Origin: a virus
Length of the DNA stretch: 64,000 nt
Strand: one strand, 5' to 3'
IMG/VR virus record: IMGVR_UViG_3300025015_000010
Location: 1 to 64,000 of that record
This document shows, piece by piece, positions 18,468 through 29,520 of this stretch. The position numbers were made by a program, and so were the translations under genes. The notes under the pieces are model-generated. The model had not been told where the DNA came from and searched no databases. It saw only the letters and a list, made by a program, of their open reading frames with translations. Each line of letters starts with the position of its first letter. The stretch's first letter is position 1.

Positions 18468-19022
18468 TTGTCCATAAAACCGTTTATCATAGGCATCGTA
18501 GGTAAAGCAGGCTCAGGTAAGAATACTCTTGCGCTTCATATTCAATCTTGTTTCAAATTTCCAGTGGCAATTCAAGAAATATCTGAAGTAGCTAAGAATC
18601 AAGCCAGACTGTTATATCGCTGGAATGGTGTAAAAGACGAACCTGGCAGACAGCTACTCCAAGATATCATGGAAGCCGGAAATAAGTATAATCCGAGTTT
18701 GTGGACTACGTTATTAGGTGAATTAATAGATAGCCTAAATGTCTGTGTGGTGATTGTTCCAGATATTAGACCGCAGAATCAAGCCGAGTGGATCAGAACC
18801 CGTGGTGGAGTCGTAGTAGGCATTGTACGTTCTGACAGTGTCGGCCAAGGCATTACTGAGATTACAGGTAATCATAAGTCTGAGTTGGCTGTGAACGTTA
18901 CACTCAAGTCTAAAGCTGTCAATGTCATTTTCACTAACGATGGTGATCAAGATAAGTTAAAGGCATTTGCTCAGGTAGTCGCCGAAAGCATAAAATTGTT
19001 AGATATTGGTCTTCGGAATTAG
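18468..19022 (+). CDS. Deoxynucleoside monophosphate kinase
   Basis: GKAGSGKNT P-loop, RQLLQ, PDIR, HKSE. Confidence 0.8.
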   Translation: MSIKPFIIGIVGKAGSGKNTLALHIQSCFKFPVAIQEISEVAKNQARLLYRWNGVKDEPGRQLLQDIMEAGNKYNPSLWTTLLGELIDSLNVCVVIVPDIRPQNQAEWIRTRGGVVVGIVRSDSVGQGITEITGNHKSELAVNVTLKSKAVNVIFTNDGDQDKLKAFAQVVAESIKLLDIGLRN

Positions 19023-19303
19023 TATTCTGAAGGACAGGAATTTCCATAAGTGCTAGACTAGGGTAGACTAACTTTGTGAGGAAATATGGCTGATACAATT
19101 AGCGATGCAACAACATGTCAATATTATGATGTTGGCATCTGTCTTCCAGAAGAACAACTTCAGCAGATTATTTTTAAATTGCAAGAAGCAATCAAAGATC
19201 CAAATAAACCTCACGTGATCACGTTTAATTACCCGTCTCAAGTTAAGACGGAACAGAATGCCCGCTGAATCGTACGGTGTGATAAGCTGAGCGAAAAATC
19301 CTA

Positions 19304-19672
19304 GTGCCAGAAATCTACACACTGCAAGGTAATTTGTTACCCAAAAAGAATGATTTGCGGCGAGGTAAGTTTGGTGGTGTGTTTCACGATGCTAAGCACA
19401 AAATAAACTGGGACGCATTCATTTTGCAGGCTAGATTACTTTGGAATAGCAAACCGCAAATTACAACTGATACAATAGTACGAGTTATTTTCTATCGCGC
19501 CACGAAGCATCGTGTTGATACTACGAACCTAGCTAGTGCATTAGCAGATATTTTAGAGCGAGCAGGCGTAGTTGTTGATGATGTTTTTTTGCATGTTTGG
19601 CCCGATCCTGTAAGACATGATAAGAAGAATCCACGAGTTGAGTTTTGGTTCCAGACGCCGATTCCAAATTAG
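19304..19672 (+). CDS. RusA-like Holliday junction resolvase
   Basis: D.TN...ADIL...GVVVDD, DKKNPRVE. Confidence 0.8.
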   Translation: MPEIYTLQGNLLPKKNDLRRGKFGGVFHDAKHKINWDAFILQARLLWNSKPQITTDTIVRVIFYRATKHRVDTTNLASALADILERAGVVVDDVFLHVWPDPVRHDKKNPRVEFWFQTPIPN

Positions 19673-19968
19673 CCGAGATGGTTGGTTATGCATACCTGAA
19701 GTATCTTCACGAGACAGAAACTGTTCCTGAGGACGTAAAGAAGCTTGTCAATAACTTATGTGTCTATCTGAGTATATCGATAGTTTTAGAAGACAGCCTG
19801 ACGGAGAACGAGAGCATAGCGTTAGATTGGGTTTACGGCTGCTGCCAGCGTGAGATATTCAATTACACGAGTCAGCGTTATCCACAGATTTTTGCAGATT
19901 TTTATAAGAAACTTCCAAGAGAAATTGTTCAAGCAACAATAGTCGAAGATAAGGAAGAAGCTAACTAG

Positions 19969-20955
19969 ATGCGTCCTGTTTCGTTTAATTTTCCGTTGAT
20001 GGATCGTGGGTCTGGTTGCTGGTATTATCGTCTGGAAATTCCACGGAGAGAATTACTGAAAAAAGGCCTGCCGGTTTATGAGAACGAACCATCTAAGGCC
20101 GATATTCAAGTTTTTTCCCGTGTACAAACTCCCGGCTGTATTAAGCTAATCAAACGACTCAAGCAGGACGGTAAGAAGATAGTTTGCGACTTAGACGACT
20201 TTACATGGGCTATCGACCCAAGAAATCCTTACAGCGAAGATGTCACGCCGTCGTTATTACAATATATGGATGAGGCTGTCGGTTTGGCAGATTTAGTGAC
20301 AGTCACAACCCGTAATCTTAAGAGCGCAGTAAAGCGACGATTTCCAGGTAAGAAGATAGAAATATTGCCAAATTTCGTGGACAAAGAGTTACCTGGTGGA
20401 GTATCGGCCGTGCCTGATACGCTTGATCCCCAGAAGTTTGTATTTTTAGCCTCAGGTTCGATCAGTCATATGGGTGATTTTAGTATACTGCCATATATTG
20501 CAAAGATGTTTTTACCTACAGAAGTCCAGTGGGTTGTATTTGGACCAGAAGACTTCAGAAACATTGTTCCAAATGCCACTTGGATTTCTGAGCAAAAGAC
20601 CCATGATTATCTAGCAACGTTAGCTGATTTAGGGCACCGGTTTAAGACAGTCGGAGTTGTGCCGCTCGAAAAAAATGCGTTTAACGAGTCCAAGAGCCGA
20701 TTAAAAATGGTAGAGTATAGTAACGCAAGTATTCCAGGGGTGTATTCAGCCGTTGGTGAATATGCAGAAACTAGACGTGGAGAAATGATTCCACCCGACG
20801 CGCCTGCAACCTCCTGGGCTTGTGGAATAAGATTAGTGATGACGAGGCATAAGCAGTTATCGAGTGCAGCAAAGCAGTCGATAGATAGCTGTTGTACAGC
20901 AGATATTGGTGTAGGAATGTGGGAACGTGCATACAATCAGTTAGGTGGTAATTAA
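19969..20955 (+). CDS. Glycosyltransferase (GT-B)
   Basis: GCWYYR, DLDD, VTVTT, LPN, FNESKSRLKMVEY. Confidence 0.85.
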   Translation: MRPVSFNFPLMDRGSGCWYYRLEIPRRELLKKGLPVYENEPSKADIQVFSRVQTPGCIKLIKRLKQDGKKIVCDLDDFTWAIDPRNPYSEDVTPSLLQYMDEAVGLADLVTVTTRNLKSAVKRRFPGKKIEILPNFVDKELPGGVSAVPDTLDPQKFVFLASGSISHMGDFSILPYIAKMFLPTEVQWVVFGPEDFRNIVPNATWISEQKTHDYLATLADLGHRFKTVGVVPLEKNAFNESKSRLKMVEYSNASIPGVYSAVGEYAETRRGEMIPPDAPATSWACGIRLVMTRHKQLSSAAKQSIDSCCTADIGVGMWERAYNQLGGN

Positions 20956-21884
20956 TGGCGTGCCAAGTTTGTGCTAATCAGCCTTATCACTGTAAACAGT
21001 GTATGAATCAAGTTCTTCAGCAGATCAAGAATGAAGCCGATCAACTTGGTAAAAAACAAGCAGCACTGATCCAAGTGCAGAATGACTTGGTCAAGCAAAT
21101 TCCGCCGCGCATTGTAGCTATCGAGAATACAATTAAGAAAATTATCGTGGCCAGGCCACGATCAGTATCCAATGGACCAGTTAGGTATGTTACACCTGGT
21201 AGTCAGGTGAATGATTTCGACCCTTCTACAGACGTAGAAGGTCCGACGGCTTATCCGAGAGAGGATTAGTATGCAACCAATTTATGTATTATATGCAGCG
21301 CTTACAGTGTTTGTAGTTTCATTGTTTTTGTTTTTGTTTACTAGGCACCTATGGAACGGTCTTGATGCCAGGATTGATGACTCTGGCACAATAGGGTTTT
21401 CAAAGATGGATGAAGCAAATATTAGAGGCAAATTTGATTTAAACAGGGCCGTGCTAGATAAGTCAGTTGCTAGGCATGATGCACAGAAGTCCAGGCTGGT
21501 AAAACTAGAGAGATTTTTCGAGGCAGACAACTTCGTGGGGGTTAACTAATGCAGACGTTCTTATTTGTAGTTTCAGCCGTCCTTTTGATTGCGTCATTTA
21601 ATGCCTTGTACAAGGCATATCAATTATACAACAGAATTACCTTTAGGCTGAATATTACGGCCCTTGGTTTGACCGACGATAATCAATTGTTTGTCGAGGG
21701 GGTTTCCAGGTCGCTCGCTAATACACAGAAGTGGATCAATGAAGAGCAGTTGATGTTTGATTCCAGATTAGTCCGACTTGAAACTGCGGCAGGAGTAGAA
21801 GTACCTGCGCAGGATAAAGTAGCACGTCGAACAAAGGCATCTTCCAATGTAAGTGCAGGTGTAACCGCCGGATTTGGTGGTTAG

Positions 21885-22715
21885 TTGAGAATACTAGTAC
21901 TTGGAAATGGCTATCTAGGTAACAGGATAGCCAGCTATCTGGGTAGGCAGCATGATGTAGTGTTAAGCCTGGCTAGAATATACGGTTCTAGCTATGTACC
22001 GTTATATGACAGGAAGTACGATCTAGTAATCAATGCTATTGGTCGCGCAGGCTCACCCAACGTAGACTGGTGCGAAACACACAAAGAAGAAACCTATGAC
22101 GCCAATGTAGCGGTTCCTATAGCTATAGCAACCGCATGTAAAGCCAGAGAAATACCTGTGCTGCATTTGAGTTCAGGTTGTGTATTCTATGGCGAAGCGC
22201 CTGACAAGCGAGGCTGGACAGAGTTAGACAAGCCTAATCCAGTGTCGTTCTACTCACAAACGAAAGCAGCCGCAGAAGAAGGATTGGCTAAGTTTGATAA
22301 TGTAACTAGTCTGCGAATTCGGATGCCTATTGATCATGTAGTCTCTGAGCGCAATACGATCTGTAAGTTGCCGAAATATAAACAAGTAATCGATGTAACG
22401 AATAGCGTGACTGTTGTGGATGATTTGCTTGAAGTTATCAGTAGGTTGATCGAAGATTTGCCGGGTGGGTTGGTGCATGTCACAAATCCAGGAGCGATAT
22501 CCCATCGAGAAATTCTTGAAATGTATAAACAGTATATTGATCCTGGTCATACTTGCAGTTTTATTGACGAAGATGCTCTGGTAGTGAGAGGTTTGGCCGT
22601 GAAGAAAAGATCTGTTTGCGTGCTACAGACGAGGGTTCTGGATAAGTTGGGAATTAAGATGCGAGATGTGAAGGTTGCGGTCGAGGATAGCGTGAGGAAA
22701 TTATCAAAAATATGA
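21885..22715 (+). CDS. dTDP/UDP-4-keto-rhamnose reductase (RmlD / epimerase-reductase)
   Basis: GNGYLG, G.PNVDWCE, SFYSQTK, LRIRMP. Confidence 0.85.
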   Translation: MRILVLGNGYLGNRIASYLGRQHDVVLSLARIYGSSYVPLYDRKYDLVINAIGRAGSPNVDWCETHKEETYDANVAVPIAIATACKAREIPVLHLSSGCVFYGEAPDKRGWTELDKPNPVSFYSQTKAAAEEGLAKFDNVTSLRIRMPIDHVVSERNTICKLPKYKQVIDVTNSVTVVDDLLEVISRLIEDLPGGLVHVTNPGAISHREILEMYKQYIDPGHTCSFIDEDALVVRGLAVKKRSVCVLQTRVLDKLGIKMRDVKVAVEDSVRKLSKI

Positions 22716-23647
22716 ATATTGTAGTCACAGGTGGCCTAGGGTTTCAAGGATCTCATTTAATCGAGAAATGGTCGGATAGTCATAATATTACTATAATCAA
22801 TACACCATCTGACAGAGCAACAAAGATGCATATGCATTTGATAAAAAAGTATAAATACAGAATAGTGTGGGCTAATATGACTGATAGCGAGATTGTAGAG
22901 AAGCTCCTAGAGGATTGCGACGTTGTTGTTCATTTAGCCGCATGGGCTAACCCAGACAAGTCAATAGAGCGTCCGTGGGATGCATTTTATGCCAATGTAT
23001 ATGGTACACATAATGTAATGATGTCGGCATTAAAGTCCGGCAGCAGAGTCATTCTAGGCAGTTCATGCGAAGTTTATGGCGAATGCGCGCCTGGATGTTT
23101 ACAAAGTGAGGTATCAACATTAAATCCGAAAACTCCGTATGCTGCATCAAAAGCTAGTTCAGATCGTTTAGCGTATGCATATGCTAAGACCTATGGGATA
23201 AAGACGACAATAGTAAGACCCTGTAATATATTCGGACCAAGGCAGCGAGAAGGAAAATACGGGGGCGTAATACCTAATTTTGTGCAGAGTATGCTGCAAG
23301 GTAAACCGGCCTTAATTAGCGGTGATGGATCACAGTCTAGAGAGTATATGTATATTGATGATCTAGTTTGTGGCTATGATTTGATACTTAATTATGCACA
23401 GGAATCAGGTGTAGATGTCTTCAATCTTGGAACACAGTATCGACCGAGTATTTTAGCTATAGCCGAGTACTTAGCAAATAAATTGAGAGGGTCATATAAG
23501 TTGTCTGAGCGACGACTAGGCGATGTTCATAGTTTTAATCTAGACAGTAGTAAGGCGAAGGCTATATTTAGTTTTGAGTCTAAGGTCGATTTTTACACAG
23601 GGCTCGATACGTACGTGACGTGGGCGCATGAAAAATGCCAGAGTTAA
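22712..23647 (+). CDS. NAD-dependent epimerase/dehydratase (RmlB-like)
   Basis: TGGLGFQG, SSCEVYG, PYAASK, RPCNIFGP. Confidence 0.9.
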   Translation: MNIVVTGGLGFQGSHLIEKWSDSHNITIINTPSDRATKMHMHLIKKYKYRIVWANMTDSEIVEKLLEDCDVVVHLAAWANPDKSIERPWDAFYANVYGTHNVMMSALKSGSRVILGSSCEVYGECAPGCLQSEVSTLNPKTPYAASKASSDRLAYAYAKTYGIKTTIVRPCNIFGPRQREGKYGGVIPNFVQSMLQGKPALISGDGSQSREYMYIDDLVCGYDLILNYAQESGVDVFNLGTQYRPSILAIAEYLANKLRGSYKLSERRLGDVHSFNLDSSKAKAIFSFESKVDFYTGLDTYVTWAHEKCQS

Positions 23648-24495
23648 ACAATCTGTTGGGGATGACTGGACTAACCAGGAGCATATTTTTTGATTCAGTG
23701 AGTCTTGCAAAGAGCACCTTATTTGGCACATTAGGAGAGAACATAGCCATAGCACCCGATGCTCAGGTCGAGACAATATTTGCGTGTAATAAGCCCGTCG
23801 AGTTTGTAGATTTTAACCGTCGTAGCTTAACATTGAATTTATCAAATATAAAACGTGACTATTCTGTGATTGTAGACACGGTTTTAGGTCTTAGCTCAGT
23901 TCTTGGTAGAGAAGGCATAAAGTATCTTGTTGGGGACGCTTCATACTCCTTAGGCACTTGTATAGATGGTGCCTTATTTAGTTATTTTGATGCCGTATGG
24001 ATAGATCTGTCTGTCGATCATTTAGGGAGTACAGGGTGTATGATTTTATGTAATAAAGATTTTCCTGATATAGTTGGAGGTACGTGTATCCATGAAAACT
24101 CAGTTAAAGATGTTGAACTATTCGTGCATAGAGTAAACGATGTCAGAGGCTGGTATAAAAGAAGGTTATCTGGCACTAAGAGACTAAAAATTATAGACTC
24201 AGACAGGGTTTCTTGCAACTGTTTGAGGATACCGGCTATTTTGGAGTCAGTATCCTCAAAATGGCTGACTATATTTCGGCTGTCGAAAGATGGTGTGAAA
24301 TTAAATTCTCCGATTGATCCTCCAAGTTATTTGGATAGCCGAGTGAAGTGTCAGGTTGGTGGACGAGCCGCTATTTGTATAGAGGCAGAGAAAATGTTGT
24401 CAAAAACAGTGCTACTGCCCTTAGTTGAAACCGAGGAAGACGCTTGTTTGTTTTGTGATAATATACTATTAGCATCCGAAATAAAGCATGGTTAG
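23635..24495 (+). CDS. Degenerate DegT/DnrJ-like sugar aminotransferase
   Basis: PVEFVD, GDASYSLG, C.EAE....VLLPL; the catalytic Lys is not recognisable. Confidence 0.5.
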   Translation: MPELNNLLGMTGLTRSIFFDSVSLAKSTLFGTLGENIAIAPDAQVETIFACNKPVEFVDFNRRSLTLNLSNIKRDYSVIVDTVLGLSSVLGREGIKYLVGDASYSLGTCIDGALFSYFDAVWIDLSVDHLGSTGCMILCNKDFPDIVGGTCIHENSVKDVELFVHRVNDVRGWYKRRLSGTKRLKIIDSDRVSCNCLRIPAILESVSSKWLTIFRLSKDGVKLNSPIDPPSYLDSRVKCQVGGRAAICIEAEKMLSKTVLLPLVETEEDACLFCDNILLASEIKHG

Positions 24496-25090
24496 ATTAT
24501 GGTATGATTCTCATGTGCATACTCGGTTTTCTGACGGAAAATCAACCGTAGACGAGATAAGAATAGCCGCTATAAGTAGGGGCCTTGAATACGTGGTTAT
24601 AAGTGATCACGTTAGAAAAGACATTAAATACAAGTATGAGGATCTTTTAGATGAAATAGAAAGCGCAAATAAGCGCGGGGGCGTATGCTTAATACCAGGA
24701 GCCGAGGCCAAGGTGCTGAGCCCTGACGGTGAGTTAGATATCAGTGATAATGTGTTTGATATGTGTGATATCTTAATAGGTTCGGTCCATAGTCTTGGGT
24801 CAATGACCATAAAAGAGGCATATATTGGACTGGTTAATTCTCGGTGTGATATTTTGGGTCATCCTTATAATATGCCAATAGAGTTATTAATTCAGCTAGG
24901 CGACAAGATGGTGGAGTTAAATGAGCGTTATCCGTTGAGTCATGAAATGCTCTCTAGGATGTCTAAATTAAATGCGCGTGTAACAGTGGGCACGGACTCT
25001 CATAGGGCATCAGACGTCGGTGTATTCTGTCGTGTGAATCAGGATATAAAGGATTTTAATTTGAATGTAGTAGACGCATGCGTTTATTAG
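24488..25090 (+). CDS. PHP-domain phosphoesterase
   Basis: DSHVHT.FSDG, SDH, PGAE, GHP, GTDSH. Confidence 0.9.
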   Translation: MVRLWYDSHVHTRFSDGKSTVDEIRIAAISRGLEYVVISDHVRKDIKYKYEDLLDEIESANKRGGVCLIPGAEAKVLSPDGELDISDNVFDMCDILIGSVHSLGSMTIKEAYIGLVNSRCDILGHPYNMPIELLIQLGDKMVELNERYPLSHEMLSRMSKLNARVTVGTDSHRASDVGVFCRVNQDIKDFNLNVVDACVY

Positions 25091-26010
25091 TTACTGGAGT
25101 AGGTGGTCCAGCAGGAATCGAGGTAGTCCGGTCACTGCTTGGATATGATGGTGTGACTGTTTTTGGCTGTGATTGTGATAAAAATGCACCTGGGTTTTTT
25201 CTATTAGGGACTAATTACTGGATTAGCCCTGAATATGATGACATGATTCTGGTTGATAGTTATGAGGCAGTAATACATAAATTTGGCATAGACAAGATAC
25301 TTCCAACAGTAGAAGATGAAACTTTGGTATTGAAAGGGTCTAGATTGTCGAGCGTTACAGTAGCTTCACCATTAAGCGCATTAAAAATTTGCAAAAGAAA
25401 GGATAGCACATACACGGCACTGGATGGCGAGGTTCCTGTGCCAAGATGGTTTAATCTAGACGGTATAGATAGTATCGGCGACGATGAGTTGTATGTTAGA
25501 CCCGTGAGCGGGCGCGGTAATCGTCACGGTTATAAGATAGAATTAGATCATCTTAATGTGTTTAGAAGCTTGTTTGTTTCTTTGCGCCTAGAAGGGATAG
25601 TCTGTGAGTACCTTCCAGGAATAGAGGTGTCAGCCGACTGTTTAGGTTTTAATGGCATAATGCAGTTGTGTGTACTTAGGAGTAGAGATAGAGTTATTGG
25701 TAGCACAGCAGTTGTTGGGTCTACCATGCATGATGATACCCTGGTTAAGTATTGTTATAAAATATACAAGTTATTGAATTTGCACGGCCCAGCCAGTATA
25801 CAATTTAAAAGAGGCAAGGACGGTGTTTTTAAATTACTGGAAGTTAACCCGAGGTTTGGTGGAGGTCTTGGTTTAACTAGGCTATTAGGTATAGATATGC
25901 CAAGATTACTTGTTGACAGCCTACTAGGAAAAGCCACTATCAATATTAGTGAATTAAAGTCAGGCAGAGCATGCTGTTATAGTGGGATTGATGAGGTACG
26001 TAATGTATAA
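25078..26010 (+). CDS. ATP-grasp domain protein
   Basis: EYLPG.E, QFK, LLEVNPRFGGG. Confidence 0.85.
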   Translation: MRLLVTGVGGPAGIEVVRSLLGYDGVTVFGCDCDKNAPGFFLLGTNYWISPEYDDMILVDSYEAVIHKFGIDKILPTVEDETLVLKGSRLSSVTVASPLSALKICKRKDSTYTALDGEVPVPRWFNLDGIDSIGDDELYVRPVSGRGNRHGYKIELDHLNVFRSLFVSLRLEGIVCEYLPGIEVSADCLGFNGIMQLCVLRSRDRVIGSTAVVGSTMHDDTLVKYCYKIYKLLNLHGPASIQFKRGKDGVFKLLEVNPRFGGGLGLTRLLGIDMPRLLVDSLLGKATINISELKSGRACCYSGIDEVRNV

Positions 26011-26653
26011 AGTATTAGTCATAGCGGCGCATGCAGATGATGAAGTGATAGGCTGTGGCGGTACAATAGCCAAACATGTTGACACAGGAGACGTTGTTAA
26101 GTTAGCAGTGGTTACTAGGGCTACATCCGATAGATATGGTAAAGAAGTGCAACCTACAGAAAGAAGGCAGCAAGAGGCAAAAAGCGCAGCGAGCGTTCTC
26201 GGTATAGATTCAGTGTTTTTTGGCTATTTTCCAGAAGTTAGATTAGACCATTTTTCTATGCCAGATATTGTAAATTTTATACAGACGTGTGCCGACGACA
26301 TAGACATTGTGTACATTCCTCATTGGGGGGATTTACACCAAGACCATAGAATAGTTTCAGAGGCCGCGCATATTGCTTTTAGGCCTGAATGTAGTCATGT
26401 GCTGTCTATACTAGCGTATACAGTAGCTCCTATGGCCTGGTCGGGTAGCAGCAAATTTAGTCCTAACGTGTTTATTGATATAAGTAAAACTTTAGATAAG
26501 AAGATGTTGGCATTGAGTCAGTATAAGAAGGAAATAAGACAGTATCCCCATCCTAGGTCAGAGGAATTTTTGATCGCCCAGGCGTCGTTTTATGGGGCCA
26601 AATTTGGATATTCCAAAGCGGAAGCGTTTGAATTAGTGTGGGATCGCAGATGA
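25982..26653 (+). CDS. PIG-L/LmbE family deacetylase
   Basis: AAHADDE..GCGG, HQDH, YPHPRS. Confidence 0.9.
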   Translation: MGLMRYVMYKVLVIAAHADDEVIGCGGTIAKHVDTGDVVKLAVVTRATSDRYGKEVQPTERRQQEAKSAASVLGIDSVFFGYFPEVRLDHFSMPDIVNFIQTCADDIDIVYIPHWGDLHQDHRIVSEAAHIAFRPECSHVLSILAYTVAPMAWSGSSKFSPNVFIDISKTLDKKMLALSQYKKEIRQYPHPRSEEFLIAQASFYGAKFGYSKAEAFELVWDRR

Positions 26654-27414
26654 TAGAGTATGAGTTGATAATACCGTCCGCGTCTAGGCCCCACCTCCTT
26701 GAGCCTACTTTAAGTACAATTCTTAAATATGTGGATCAGATGCCAAAAAAAATAATAATAAGCGATGATGCTGCATTTAGGGGTAAGAGGACTATGTTGG
26801 AGGACGCCCTGAGCAGGGCGATTCCAGCGTGCGTACCCTTTGTTTTCAAATATAATGACCCGCCAATAGGACACGGTAACGCTGTCTGTTGGATGCTAGA
26901 TCAAGTGTCCACCGGGTACATAATGTATGCACAAGACGATCATGTGGCAATGCGGCCAATACCAATAGCGAATTGTCTAGATGTGATGGACACTTACGAT
27001 TTACATCACGTCAGATTTAATAAGCGGGATACCATGGACGCAAAAGGAGATTGGAAAAAGATAGAAACAACATTTGGCAGTACTACGTTGACTGTATCAG
27101 ACCATTGGTATTTTCAAACGTCCATGGACCGGACGTCAAAATTTAAAATCGCAGCGTCCACATGGAAAGCTGGAACGTCTGGTAATAAGCTGTTCGAGGT
27201 ATGCATAAATGAGATATTTAATGGGCAGTGGGGTAGTATAGCCGGTCTAGACACTCCCGACAGCTTGGAACAGCCAATGTCTCAAGAGGTAAGAAGACGC
27301 AGGCAGAAAACATTTATTTATGGCACAGTGGGGGAAGAAAAATACATATATCATATAGGAGGCGCCCCTAGTGATTGGGCATTGGACAGACCAGGAAGGA
27401 CTAGGGCTGTATGA
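26638..27414 (+). CDS. Glycosyltransferase (GT-A like)
   Basis: SRPHLL..T, ISDD, YAQDD, HIG. Confidence 0.7.
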   Translation: MGSQMIEYELIIPSASRPHLLEPTLSTILKYVDQMPKKIIISDDAAFRGKRTMLEDALSRAIPACVPFVFKYNDPPIGHGNAVCWMLDQVSTGYIMYAQDDHVAMRPIPIANCLDVMDTYDLHHVRFNKRDTMDAKGDWKKIETTFGSTTLTVSDHWYFQTSMDRTSKFKIAASTWKAGTSGNKLFEVCINEIFNGQWGSIAGLDTPDSLEQPMSQEVRRRRQKTFIYGTVGEEKYIYHIGGAPSDWALDRPGRTRAV

Positions 27415-28010
27415 GTAAATTAGGGGCATTCCCGTTAAAAGAGTGGATCGAAATGTATAAATTAGTAAGTTTTATAGAGACAGGCACATATTTGGGCGAC
27501 GGCGTGTTAACAGCGCTTGATCACGGTATCAACTTTGCCGTCTCTAGTGAGTTAAATAGCCGGTTGGCAGATAGGGCAGTAGACAGGATTAGACAGCAGT
27601 TTGAGACTAAGTTGATAGACGGTAGCGTGCGTGTGTTCTGTGAAGATTCAGTTACCGCTTTGCCGAAGATGCTTGCAGCGGTTTCACGAGAACCCGCGCT
27701 TGTATTTTTAGATGCCCATGTGTCAGAAGGTTTCGGGGGCATTGAGAGCGATCCTCTGCCCCTCAGTAAAGAAATAGGTGTGCTGAAAGCCAATAGGGAC
27801 TGTTCCAGAGATGTTATAATTATAGACGATATGCATATTAATACGTTAGAGTACTGGGATAAAAAAAGTATTTATGGCAAAGCGCCTGAGTTTAAATTAG
27901 CCCAAGACATCGCAGATATTTTTAAATCGTCGCATATAGGTGCAGCCTTTAGAGAAGCCCTGGAGAATCACCCTGTTTTGATATTGCTACCACAGGGAGC
28001 TATAAAGTGA
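27411..28010 (+). CDS. SAM-methyltransferase-fold protein
   Basis: FIETGTYLG, DS, FLDAH, IIIDD. Confidence 0.75.
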   Translation: MSKLGAFPLKEWIEMYKLVSFIETGTYLGDGVLTALDHGINFAVSSELNSRLADRAVDRIRQQFETKLIDGSVRVFCEDSVTALPKMLAAVSREPALVFLDAHVSEGFGGIESDPLPLSKEIGVLKANRDCSRDVIIIDDMHINTLEYWDKKSIYGKAPEFKLAQDIADIFKSSHIGAAFREALENHPVLILLPQGAIK

Positions 28011-28546
28011 CTATAGGAACATATGGGGGATATGATTGTTTACATAGACCGGATGACTTTCCTTTAATGGCAAGAATTCTTAGTCTATTTAAGCCCAAGA
28101 CTTTAGTAGAAATTGGTACCCATTTTGGTGGATTTGCCTCATTTTTGGCACACACGTCATCCGCGTGGGGCGGCCAAGTAATAACGATAGATGCTTTTAG
28201 GCACCCAGAGTCAAAGGGACTAGAGGACAAATACAGCAATCTGACTTTTTTGAAGGATGATCTATCCGCATGTCTATCTAAAAAAGTGGTAGACATACTA
28301 TCTAAGCCCGAGTGCTTATTATATTGTAGTCGTGGGGGCAATAAAGTGTTAACGTGGTATTCCTCATACATGGGTAAACGCGGATTAGTAGGTTGTCATG
28401 GCTGGGGTCTGGAAGTTAATCCTGACGATGTCATTCCTGTGATGGTGTCTTTTAGATTTAGTAGAATATTTTGGCGTCAGTTTGAAGCTTTGGCACACCC
28501 TGAGTGGTATCCCAAAAGTTTGTCCCGTTTCTGGTGGCGCCGATGA
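28007..28546 (+). CDS. Methyltransferase-fold protein (CmcI-like)
   Basis: VEIGTHFGG, ITID. Confidence 0.65.
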   Translation: MTIGTYGGYDCLHRPDDFPLMARILSLFKPKTLVEIGTHFGGFASFLAHTSSAWGGQVITIDAFRHPESKGLEDKYSNLTFLKDDLSACLSKKVVDILSKPECLLYCSRGGNKVLTWYSSYMGKRGLVGCHGWGLEVNPDDVIPVMVSFRFSRIFWRQFEALAHPEWYPKSLSRFWWRR

Positions 28547-29520
28547 ATGCGTTATTTTTAGTTAATAGAGAAGTGTATGATACTAAAATATCGAGGGTAA
28601 GATTCGATCAGATAAAGTGGCTTTCAAAGATGCCTGGTGTCTGGTTAATCGCCACAGGCCCTGGGTGGCCTGACTGGAGTGACTCTTCAAGTGTAATGGC
28701 CAATGTCATGAGGGGAAGATTCGATGGCAAATTACCAGATGTAGTGATCACCTATGATGTGGCAGGACTTGAAGACGTGTCGTGCTTGAAAGTTGTACAG
28801 TACAATGAAGCTGATAAACCAGTAAAAATTCGTGAGTTTGTGTTAGGAAATAAAATAGACATAGTTGTATTTCACCATTGGAATGATATGGGTTGGTATA
28901 GCGATTTCGATTCTTTAGGAATTAAAAGAATACACATACCTCACTGCGCCGATCATACTGTGTATAAGGATTACGGTTTAGATAAAGATATAGATATTTT
29001 GGTTATTGGTAATTTATCGTCTCAGCATTACCCTTTAAGAAGTAGGCTAGCTTCTTTGGCGTCAAAATGGTTCGCTAAGAGAGGCTATAGAGTTAAAGTG
29101 CTGCCCCATCCAGGGTTTAATCTTGCCAAAATGAGAGAAGGCACGTGTGTAGGCGAAGACTATGCAAAGACCATAAATCGTGCTTGGTTGGTATTTTCAT
29201 GCACAGGAAGATGGCATAGCGCGTTTGGAAAGTTTAGTGAAGTAGCCCTTAGTAGGTCTTTGATGGTTTCCGATTTACCTGATGAGCGTCATCAATTTTT
29301 TGATTCGTCTATAGTCAAAGTGGGCTCGTGGATGACAGATCAGCAAATAATAGATATCATAGAACCACTGCTCGATGAACTGCCGGACAGGTCAAAAATA
29401 AGAATTATGACCGATATCGCGTATAAACAGGCACTGGATACGTCCACGATGGAACATTATGCTGCTAATCTGTACACCTCGATTATCGAACTGTTGGAGA
29501 TAAGACAATTAAATCTGTGA
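28504..29520 (+). CDS. Glycosyltransferase (CgeB-like)
   Basis: PHCAD, KDIDI..IG, YPLR, KFSE. Confidence 0.7.
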   Translation: MVSQKFVPFLVAPMNALFLVNREVYDTKISRVRFDQIKWLSKMPGVWLIATGPGWPDWSDSSSVMANVMRGRFDGKLPDVVITYDVAGLEDVSCLKVVQYNEADKPVKIREFVLGNKIDIVVFHHWNDMGWYSDFDSLGIKRIHIPHCADHTVYKDYGLDKDIDILVIGNLSSQHYPLRSRLASLASKWFAKRGYRVKVLPHPGFNLAKMREGTCVGEDYAKTINRAWLVFSCTGRWHSAFGKFSEVALSRSLMVSDLPDERHQFFDSSIVKVGSWMTDQQIIDIIEPLLDELPDRSKIRIMTDIAYKQALDTSTMEHYAANLYTSIIELLEIRQLNL

